Assembly (NCBI GenBank): GCA_947053925.1
Contig: CAMRUG010000002.1
Span: 174,003 to 238,002 of the forward strand
Origin: an uncultured Clostridia bacterium
GTDB lineage: Bacteria > Bacillota > Clostridia > Christensenellales > CAG-314
Reading direction: 5' to 3'
DNA length: 64,000 nucleotides
Shown: one piece after another, positions 39,320-47,112 of the stretch
How the letters are laid out: every line of letters begins with the position of its first letter
Numbering within the stretch: the stretch's first letter is position 1
Notes under the pieces: model-generated
Told to the model about the DNA's origin: nothing
Databases searched by the model: none
What the model saw: only the letters and a program-made list of their open reading frames with translations
Made by a program: the position numbers and the translations under genes

Positions 39320-39357
39320 TTCAAAAAGCAAGCACAGCATTGTTCTAAAGCTTGCTT
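39320..39357 (-). terminator. Terminator closing the lipoprotein/small-ORF unit
   Basis: Minus strand: AAGCAAGC - 16 nt - GCUUGCUU followed by UUUGAAUAAAUAUUUUU. Confidence 0.6.
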
Positions 39358-39395
39358 AAATAAGCATTATGTTCTTTTATTTTTAATATTTTTGC

Positions 39396-39726
39396 TTAAT
39401 ATTGAAATTCATAATCCGATTCTTGAATTATCTCGCCTGTTGCTACGAGTTTGTTGCCTTCATATAAATTAATTTTTGATCCTATATATAAATTATCTGG
39501 TGCATTTTTTGTATTGAGATAACGTACATATGCCATTGTATTATTTCCTTAATATATTTAAAAGAATAACATATTAATCCGAAAGCATTTTGGTCGGTAT
39601 CTTGTTGCCCATCAACTGATACTAACGGACAATATCTATCATAATTTATTGGAGGGGGGGGGATATCCTTCCGCCATCGCATGGTTTAATCCAATGGATA
39701 TCTGCTATAAAGACTTTTGTATTCAA
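39396..39726 (-). pseudogene. Frameshifted small gene resembling EF-Tu domain 3 (three ORF pieces in three frames)
   Basis: Piece A starts at TTG 39726 behind AAAGAGGTG: MNTKVFIADIHWIKPCDGGRISPP, then a stop just after the C9 tract. Piece B is 39482..39682 (..IPPPPINYDRYCPLVSVDGQQ..). Piece C is 39396..39536 (MAYVRYLNTKNAPDNLYIGSKINLYEGNKLVATGEIIQESDYEFQY). Joined, they mimic the EF-Tu pattern ..L.K.EGGR..P....YRP......F.I.EG.rtVGaG.V. Confidence 0.6.
39654..39662. repeat. G9/C9 homopolymer tract
   Basis: Nine consecutive G on the plus strand, an outlier in this AT-rich window. It lies inside the frameshifted small gene and encodes the PPP(P) stretch. Confidence 0.95.
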
Positions 39727-39847
39727 AATAACACCTCTTTAAAAAAACCATATGCTTTTCACTATTGTATTCAAATATTGTATATCAATTCTGTTTGTTG
39801 TGCCAACTTAATTTATTTAAAAATTTACTATAAATTATCTTCAATTA

Positions 39848-40252
39848 TTATTCTGTTCTTTCAATATAATCTAAAAGGTTTTGTTTTCCTGTTTCAAATT
39901 CCAGATATACAACATCGTCTTTAGTAATTCCAACAATCGGAATGTTATAACTATCCCAGAAGTACCTTGGCGCTACAATAATATTTATTATATCTCCGCA
40001 CTTTACCTTGGTATGCAAAGTTGGCATATCAATCAAACGAAAAGGCGAATAGGTATAATGAACGTGGACATCATATAAAAATTCCACTTCCATATATTCT
40101 TCTTCAATTGAATTTACCTTAACTTCCAACGTCTCATAGTTCAAATCATCGCTATAATATTCCAGCATTCTTTTTTTATAGTGGCATCCCGAAAAAAACA
40201 CACACATACCTATTATTAGGATAATTAAGATTATACTCACAGTTTTTTTCAT
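39848..40252 (-). CDS. Hypothetical lipoprotein
   Basis: Signal peptide with lipobox MKKTVSIILIILIIGMCVFFSGC. The 134-aa mature part has no motif I recognise. Confidence 0.65.
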   Translation of the reverse strand: MKKTVSIILIILIIGMCVFFSGCHYKKRMLEYYSDDLNYETLEVKVNSIEEEYMEVEFLYDVHVHYTYSPFRLIDMPTLHTKVKCGDIINIIVAPRYFWDSYNIPIVGITKDDVVYLEFETGKQNLLDYIERTE

Positions 40253-40610
40253 TATTAATATTCTCCTATTAAAAAGAAGTATCCAAATACATATAGCCGT
40301 CTGTTATTTCTTGTTTATTATCATACAAAGAAGTTTACAGTTACAATATTATTAAAACGCAATTGCTTTTTGAAAAACGTCTATCCAAGCATGATAAATT
40401 ATACTAGAGTTCTTCGTCTATATTTAAATATTTGTTAGTCTCTGGCGTAGCCCAAATGATTTAGTTAAGGTTTTCTATCTTTCATATGTTAAATTTTACC
40501 TTTCTGTTTTAGTAGTATCTAGTATTATACGTTTCTTGTCAGATTATGTCAATACTCCTACTTGAAGACGTTAAAAACAAGGCGAACGTTTCCGTAAATG
40601 CTTTTGCCTA

Positions 40611-40646
40611 AATGTAAAAAAACTGCCGAAAACTATCCGACAGTTT
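40611..40646 (-). terminator. deoB terminator
   Basis: Minus strand: AAACUGUCG - GAUAGUUUU - CGGCAGUUU (one U-G pair) followed by UUUUACAUUU, 9 nt after the stop. Confidence 0.6.
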
Positions 40647-40654
40647 AAAATATA

Positions 40655-41806
40655 TTATCTTGTAACCTTTTCCCAAACAGACTTGGCAGGAGTATCGGCA
40701 ATACCGAGCTGCTCTTTTATCGTGTCATTTATGACGTCAAACCCTTGCAATGTTCCCAAATTGGTAGGAACAACATCACAGCCGTAAATTAGCAACGGAG
40801 TATATTCCCTTGTGTGGTCGGTATGAATTTTATGCGTAGGATCGCACCCGTGGTCGCCCGTAATGTAAAGAACGTCATCGTGTCTTAAAAGTTTAATAAG
40901 TTCCCCTACTTTTCCGTCAATTTCTTCCAAAGCCTCGGCATATCCAAAGACATCTCTGCGATGACCGTATTTCATATCGGTATCTACTAAATTAACAAAC
41001 ACAAGTCCGTCAAATTTCTCCTTTGCAATTTCTAATGTCTTGTTCAAGCCGTCCAAATTGCTTTCGGTATGAATACTGCGCGTAATACCGCGACCGTTAA
41101 AAATATACTCGATTTTGCCAACAGCAACGCTTTCTAGTCCTGCTTCTTTTACACAATCCAAAAGAGTAACGCCTGTCGGGTCCAAAGAAAAATCTTTACG
41201 TTCCGAAGTACGGACAAAGGGATATTCTCCCGCGAAAGGACGCGCAATAACCCGCCCTACGCCGTATGCTCCCGTACAAAGTTTACGGGCTTTTTCGCAC
41301 ATATCGTAAAGTTGCTCAATAGAGTACTTGTCCATATGAACGGCTATCTGTAAAACGCTGTCGGCAGAAGTATACACAATAGGATATCCTGTTTTTAAGT
41401 GTTCTTCGCCGTAATCTTTGATTACTTCCGTACCGCTGTAAGGTTTATTGCAAAGTATTTTTGTTCCCAATTCTTTTTCCAGCTTAGCAACAAAATTTTG
41501 CGGAAAACCGTTTGGGAAAATTGGTAAAAACTCTTTTGTAATAACGCCTGCCATTTCCCAATGCCCTACTGTTGTATCTTTGCCCTTAGACAGTTCTTCA
41601 AGACGGGCAAAAGCGGCGTTAGGCTGTCTGTCATCGTTATAAGTTCCGTCAATGTTGTACAATCCCATATCCGCCAAAACAGGAAGATTGAGGTCATAAG
41701 CATGACGTATATTTTTTAAAGTATTAGCTCCGTAATCGTTAAATTTTTTGCAATCCGGCATTGCACCGATACCAAAGCCGTCTATTACGAGAATAAAAGC
41801 CCTCAT
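40655..41806 (-). CDS. deoB: Phosphopentomutase
   Basis: Starts MRAFILVIDGFGIGAMPD. Metal-binding blocks VNLVDTDMKYGHRRD and ITGDHGCDP. Confidence 0.93.
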   Translation of the reverse strand: MRAFILVIDGFGIGAMPDCKKFNDYGANTLKNIRHAYDLNLPVLADMGLYNIDGTYNDDRQPNAAFARLEELSKGKDTTVGHWEMAGVITKEFLPIFPNGFPQNFVAKLEKELGTKILCNKPYSGTEVIKDYGEEHLKTGYPIVYTSADSVLQIAVHMDKYSIEQLYDMCEKARKLCTGAYGVGRVIARPFAGEYPFVRTSERKDFSLDPTGVTLLDCVKEAGLESVAVGKIEYIFNGRGITRSIHTESNLDGLNKTLEIAKEKFDGLVFVNLVDTDMKYGHRRDVFGYAEALEEIDGKVGELIKLLRHDDVLYITGDHGCDPTHKIHTDHTREYTPLLIYGCDVVPTNLGTLQGFDVINDTIKEQLGIADTPAKSVWEKVTR

Positions 41807-42096
41807 AAAGCACTCCTACTAATTTTAAAGCAAACGAATTCTATTCCCTTTGCCTGTATTACGATTTTTGATTATTTCACAGAAAAACAAGACCGACAGT
41901 TTTTCTGAATTGCTATTCAAACTAAACTTTACTATAATCGCGCAATTATAACTGAAAATTTAAACATTTGCTTACACAAATATTTATGCTATTGCAATAC
42001 AATATAACTGCGGTTGTCAATGACAGTTAGTTGTAGTTAATCGTTATTAACTGTCGTTACGTATGTTATTATAGCAAATAATTTTAATTTATACAA

Positions 42097-42672
42097 TCAA
42101 ATTACGGCAGTTAGTATTTTCATTATGACAAAGAAAGCTACAATTTTGTAAATAAAGCCCAAAGCAAGCAATATTCCGACTTGATGAAAATCTCGTACTG
42201 CCTCGTCAAATTTACGACATATCGGCTTTTCGCACAGACACACAAAACAAGACATACAATACACAGCAATGTCTTCCAGCGCTATAAGTATTACAAAAAG
42301 AACTCCCCATATTACCGACACAGTAAACAATGCCACTACTGTTGCGCCAACATATAAACAAGCAATAAATGTTGCAACACAACAAAGCCAATATGTCTCT
42401 TTGAGCATATTACATAAAATCAAAATTAAATACAGTACCAAATAGCTTAATAAGAATAACAAAAAAGCCGAAAATCCGCCCGCCATTAACTTATTGGCAA
42501 ATTCGCATCTGTTAAAATACCACCAACCGTACTGAAAAGCATAGAAAAATGCAATTCCGCACGCAATGCCTGCAACACAAAAAACTGCGCACATAATGAA
42601 ACGCCATTTATAAGCGCATATTTTATATCCGATATCATATACAGTATTTTTGATATAATGTATAAAGCCCAT
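42097..42672 (-). CDS. Hypothetical cysteine-rich multi-pass membrane protein
   Basis: About 5 predicted TM helices and about 14 Cys, including the cluster YCMSCFVCLCEKPICRK. Start MGFIHY (42672) or upstream (42735) is uncertain. There is not enough similarity to call it SpoIIM. Confidence 0.5.
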   Translation of the reverse strand: MGFIHYIKNTVYDIGYKICAYKWRFIMCAVFCVAGIACGIAFFYAFQYGWWYFNRCEFANKLMAGGFSAFLLFLLSYLVLYLILILCNMLKETYWLCCVATFIACLYVGATVVALFTVSVIWGVLFVILIALEDIAVYCMSCFVCLCEKPICRKFDEAVRDFHQVGILLALGFIYKIVAFFVIMKILTAVI

Positions 42673-42740
42673 ATCAATTGATATGAGCTTTATTTTAAAA
42701 ATATACGCCGAAAAGTAATTTTGCCATATCGGCAAAGGTA

Positions 42741-42802
42741 ATAGTTAACGTTAAAGATAATCGTTTTTGCCGAATAAACTTTAACTATAACGTTAACTAT
42801 AA
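42741..42802. repeat. TTAAC-containing inverted/direct repeats upstream of the membrane protein gene
   Basis: ATAGTTAACGTTA (42741..) and its reverse complement TAACGTTAACTAT (42788..42800). In addition, TTAACTATAA occurs twice (42781, 42793). Confidence 0.6.
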
Positions 42803-43088
42803 TTACTTTTCTGATAAAATAGCATCGCAGATACAGACGCAGTACGGCAAAAGTAATTTAGTGTCGGCATTTATTGTTTTCTTTGCTATGTTACTACACA
42901 GGGAAACCAACTTAGCATTTAAGCAATATGCTTAAGCGGTTACTTAGTTTCCAGTTTTTGTTATAGTTATTTTCCCAATTTTACCGAATATATTTTACAA
43001 TTTTAAAGATAATTAGATTTACTTACAGAGTTTTATATATAAGCAGTCAAATCATCGTTTGTTTTTATAGCTTTTGCTTAAAAAGACA

Positions 43089-44204
43089 TTAGTTCATTAG
43101 CATCCATTTTGCATACATACCGTATCCACGCGTCGGGTCATTTACAAAAACGTGGGTTACAGCGCCTACAAGTTTGCCGTTCTGTATTATAGGACTTCCG
43201 CTCATTCCTTGAACTATACCGCCTGTTTTGTCAATCAATTCGGGGTCGGTTATATGCAAGACCATTCCGCGGTCGTCTTTTGAACTTTGTTGGGTAGCCT
43301 TTACAATTTCTATATCGTAACATTTTCTTACGTTGTCGTCTAAAGTACAGTATATTTGAGCCTTTCCTGCCCTAACTTCGGATATATCAGCAACAGAAAT
43401 TAACTCTTGACAAAAAGCAGGTAATGTATTAAATGTTCCGAATGCACCGAATTTATTATTTGCGTAAACATTGCCTATACGTTTATCAAAACAAAAACTT
43501 CCTTTTAACTCTCCTGCGGCTCCTTTTTTACCTTTCTCGATTCCGTCAATAGAGCAATTAAATATTCCGCCGTTTTTGCAAGTAATGATATTTCCATTTG
43601 CATCAGTAATGGGATGACCTAAACTACCGAAGTTAAGATTTTTTCTGACATAAGTTAATGTACCTATTCCGCTCGAAGAATCTCTGGACCACAATCCAAG
43701 TCGGTAATTATGACTTGACAAATCTTTTTGCGGAATAATAGTAGTTTCGCGCAATTCTCCGTCTCGCAAATACTTTACAGACAACGCTTGTCCGTTAGAT
43801 TTATTTGCCAACTCGGAAAGCTTTGTAGAGCTGTAAATTTTTCTTCCGCCCAATTCGACAATTACATCGTTTATTTCGATTCCTGCTTGCATTGCGGGAC
43901 AGCAGAGTTTTCCGTCTTCTGCTATAAACTCATTTAACCCTATTACCGTAACGCCGTCCCCGTCGATAGTAATCCCTAAGGGATATCCGCCAAGATAAAC
44001 CTGCTCGTTAATTTTAGCGGTTGTATTAGCGTTTGACCCTGTAAACAAGTCTCCTATATCGTCAAAAATATCGCAATTAGCGGCTGTTGCTTGTATATTA
44101 TTACAGTCATAGTATTCTGTATTTTCAGCAAAAACTGTTAAACAGAGACACTGAAAACACATAAGCACAACAAAAAGGATACTAAGTAATCTCTTCATAT
44201 TCAC
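43089..44204 (-). CDS. spoIVB: SpoIVB peptidase (S55 signalling serine protease of sporulation)
   Basis: Signal/TM segment, PDZ domain (GIEINDVIVELGG), and catalytic region GMSGSPIIQNGKLVGAVTHVFVNDPTRGYG. It follows recN, as in B. subtilis. Confidence 0.92.
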   Translation of the reverse strand: MNMKRLLSILFVVLMCFQCLCLTVFAENTEYYDCNNIQATAANCDIFDDIGDLFTGSNANTTAKINEQVYLGGYPLGITIDGDGVTVIGLNEFIAEDGKLCCPAMQAGIEINDVIVELGGRKIYSSTKLSELANKSNGQALSVKYLRDGELRETTIIPQKDLSSHNYRLGLWSRDSSSGIGTLTYVRKNLNFGSLGHPITDANGNIITCKNGGIFNCSIDGIEKGKKGAAGELKGSFCFDKRIGNVYANNKFGAFGTFNTLPAFCQELISVADISEVRAGKAQIYCTLDDNVRKCYDIEIVKATQQSSKDDRGMVLHITDPELIDKTGGIVQGMSGSPIIQNGKLVGAVTHVFVNDPTRGYGMYAKWMLMN

Positions 44205-44264
44205 CTCAAAACACTACGCATAGTTTGTGAATATGTCCGCGCAATATACATACATTTTAAAAGT

Positions 44265-44300
44265 AACTAAAACGCCCCGAAGGCTTATGGCTTTCGGGGC
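44265..44300 (-). terminator. recN terminator
   Basis: GC-rich stem GCCCCGAAAGCC/GGCUUCGGGGC (minus strand) followed by GUUUUAGUU. Confidence 0.65.
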
Positions 44301-44373
44301 TAATATAAAAACTCACTGAGCGACTTATTAAATTGCAAGCAAAATGATTTCTTGCTACAAAAACAATATCTTT

Positions 44374-46083
44374 CTATAAATCACGCTTAAAATTTTCCGA
44401 CCATTCGATTAATTCGTTAGCGTTAACTAAAGCGTGCTCGCCTATACTTCCCATAAGACGCGCCACTTCCACCGCACGTTGCTCCAATGTCGACAAAATA
44501 TCAACGCTAGTAAAAGTTTTTCCATCCTTTTCGTATTTACTGATATACAAATTACAATCTGCCATTGCGCAAATTTGCGGCAAGTGCGTAATAACAATAC
44601 TTTGGTATCCGGCATCCTTGCTGTGCGCCACTACCGCAAGTTTGTTTGCCACCATTTGCGCCATATTGCCCGATATGCCCGTATCTATTTCGTCAAACAC
44701 CATTGTCGGGATCTTTTCCGCCAAAGCGGTTATATTTTTGACCGCCAACATAAAGCGCGACATTTCGCCGCCGGAGATAATCTTAGACAAAGGCTTCAAC
44801 GGCTCCCCGATATTTGCCGACATAAGAAACTGAACTTTGTCATACCCGTCCGATGAAGGCGAAGCAGAATAATCTTGCAATGATACATTATCGTTAAATA
44901 ACACTTCAAAGCGCGTACCTTTCATTCCCAATTCTGCCAACTCGCGCATAATGCGTTGTGCCAAAACCGCCGCAACGCGTTTGCGTTCATGCGACTTTCT
45001 AGTAGACAACTCGAACATTTTAGAAAGCACGTCGTTTTTTTCCGTGTTCAACTCCGTAATTCTTTGCGAACTGTTTGACAGATTATTGTATTGTTTTTCG
45101 GCATTATCTAAAAAGTTCAGCACGTCGGGTATTTCCCCGCCGTATTTGCGTTTTAACTGTTTTATCTTTTCTAGCCGTTCTTCCATTTTGTCCACTTCGG
45201 CAGGACTGTAATCAATAGAAGATATAATACTTTCTAAGTTTGAAGCGATATCCTGAATTTCTATTCTTGCCGCCGATAATCTTTCTGAAAGTTCTTCAAC
45301 ACTTTCTTCTATGTTGGAAATTTGACGGAGCGAAGCAACAGACTGCGCAATTTTAGAAACAGAACCTTCTTCTCCGTCAAGATTTGCGTAAGCATTTTCT
45401 ATAGCGGAAGAAATTTTTTCCACATTGACCATACGTTTGTGAGCCAGTAACAACTCCTGTTCTTCTTGCTCGTCAAGATTTGCAGATTTAATCTCATCAA
45501 TCTGAAATTTAAGTATATCGAGCAATCTCTCGCGTTCAGCGTCGCTTCCTCCAAAGGATTTCAATTCTTTATTTATTGAGTTAAGTTTAGGATACAGAAC
45601 ATTCTTCAATTCAATATCAACGCCGTTAAAATTGCAAAACGAGTCAAGAACCGATAATTGTTTACGTTCATCCAGTAATGCAAGATGCTGTCCTTGTCCG
45701 AATATATCTACCAATTCGGAACAAATTTCTTTCAATATAACCAATGTTGCGGTTTTCCCGTTAATTCTGATTTCGTTTTTACCAGATAAAGACATTTTAC
45801 GGTTAAGTAAAATTTCGCAATCGCCGCCGTAACCGTATTCTTCAAGTTTATCCAAAACCGCACAGCCGTTATCAACCTCGAAAAGCGCTGTTACTTCTGC
45901 ACGTTCTTGACCGAACTTTATCAAAGATTTATCCGCCCTATCGCCCAAAACAAATGCAAGCGAATCGATAATAATCGATTTGCCGCTGCCAGTTTCTCCG
46001 CTTAAAACCGTCAATCCCTTTTGAAAAGAAATCTCCAGATGGTCGATAAGCGCTATGTTGTCGATAATTAAATTTCTAAGCAT
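44374..46083 (-). CDS. recN: DNA repair protein RecN
   Basis: SMC-like protein with Walker A GETGSGKS, long coiled coils, signature ISGGEMSRFMLA, and Walker B MVFDEID. Confidence 0.95.
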   Translation of the reverse strand: MLRNLIIDNIALIDHLEISFQKGLTVLSGETGSGKSIIIDSLAFVLGDRADKSLIKFGQERAEVTALFEVDNGCAVLDKLEEYGYGGDCEILLNRKMSLSGKNEIRINGKTATLVILKEICSELVDIFGQGQHLALLDERKQLSVLDSFCNFNGVDIELKNVLYPKLNSINKELKSFGGSDAERERLLDILKFQIDEIKSANLDEQEEQELLLAHKRMVNVEKISSAIENAYANLDGEEGSVSKIAQSVASLRQISNIEESVEELSERLSAARIEIQDIASNLESIISSIDYSPAEVDKMEERLEKIKQLKRKYGGEIPDVLNFLDNAEKQYNNLSNSSQRITELNTEKNDVLSKMFELSTRKSHERKRVAAVLAQRIMRELAELGMKGTRFEVLFNDNVSLQDYSASPSSDGYDKVQFLMSANIGEPLKPLSKIISGGEMSRFMLAVKNITALAEKIPTMVFDEIDTGISGNMAQMVANKLAVVAHSKDAGYQSIVITHLPQICAMADCNLYISKYEKDGKTFTSVDILSTLEQRAVEVARLMGSIGEHALVNANELIEWSENFKRDL

Positions 46084-46116
46084 ACTCTTTGGTGTCCCTT
46101 TTCAGTAGAATAATTT

Positions 46117-46569
46117 TTAATAAAGTAAACGGTTTATTTCTTGCGTAAATATTTCGGCATTACGGGAAGTGGAACAGACGGCGAGTACGGTGCTGCGGTC
46201 CGCAACCATTCCCACCACTTCGGACAAACCGAGCTGTTCTAATGCGCCCGATACGGCAGACGCGCTATCTGCAAGCGTCTTAATCACCACAAGGTTATTT
46301 GCCGTTATAACCGAAATAACAGTCTCACGGACGATATTCAATAGCTTACCCGACAAACTAGAATCAATTTTCTGCTTTGTTACATATTTATACTTCTGAT
46401 TTGCGGTAAGAGTTTTAACAAGTCCCAATTCTTTTATATCGCGCGAAATTGTGGCTTGAGTAACATTATAACCGGCATAATTCAGCTCGCTAACCAATTC
46501 GTCCTGCGTCTCGATATCACGAGAAGATATAATGCTCAATATTTTTGACTGTCTTGATGCTCTTGACAT
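46117..46569 (-). CDS. argR: Arginine repressor
   Basis: N-terminal wHTH (ITQDELVSELNYAGYNVTQATISRDIKELGLVK) and a C-terminal oligomerisation/arginine-binding domain (GTIAGDDT-like region degenerate: GMVADRSTVLAV). Confidence 0.88.
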   Translation of the reverse strand: MSRASRQSKILSIISSRDIETQDELVSELNYAGYNVTQATISRDIKELGLVKTLTANQKYKYVTKQKIDSSLSGKLLNIVRETVISVITANNLVVIKTLADSASAVSGALEQLGLSEVVGMVADRSTVLAVCSTSRNAEIFTQEINRLLY

Positions 46570-47112
46570 TTCCGCTCCTATTTCAGTAAATCATTCTGCC
46601 GCTTCGACTGATAACTTTATCAATTTTGTTTAGTAAATTTATTTCAAGGTTAATCTGAAAGACATTTTTTAATAGTGTTCGTTATACCATTTGGATTGTT
46701 GCGTATTATATATCACACACGCATAAAACGGATTGGCACTTTTATATAAGTTGCGTAATGCAATGTATAATGGTTGTTAAGCATATTTAATTGTAGTTAA
46801 ACGCACTTAAACTTAGTTGTGAATTATATTATAAGTTCAGAATTTGTATAACTCTCTGTAACTCGTACAGACAAACATATAATATACATTGATGTTTTCG
46901 CCAGAATAGACGAAAAATGTGATTTCGCGATATTCAGGTTAAACACCGACATACTACATATACCAAACGACGGAAATTTTGATTTGCCGTTTAATGGTAC
47001 ATTAACTTCTAAAAAACAAACTCCAAAAAGATTTTTGCTATTTTATCATCTGAACAATATTATATATCTTTCATCTTCAATTTAATAATTATAAATCTTT
47101 TTGAATTTTTAT

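Noticed and set aside
46818-46855. TGAAT-containing sequence (TGTGAATTATATTATAAGTTCAGAATTTGTATA) considered as tandem ARG boxes for ArgR autoregulation.
   Set aside because: Each half matches the ARG-box consensus poorly, the site lies ~250 nt from the argR start, and such matches are expected in AT-rich sequence.
46824-46952. A 42-aa minus-strand ORF (MSVFNLNIAKSHFSSILAKT...) vaguely reminiscent of Phd/YefM antitoxin N-termini.
   Set aside because: It is too short, has no RBS, has no adjacent toxin ORF, and the resemblance is limited to about 12 residues.
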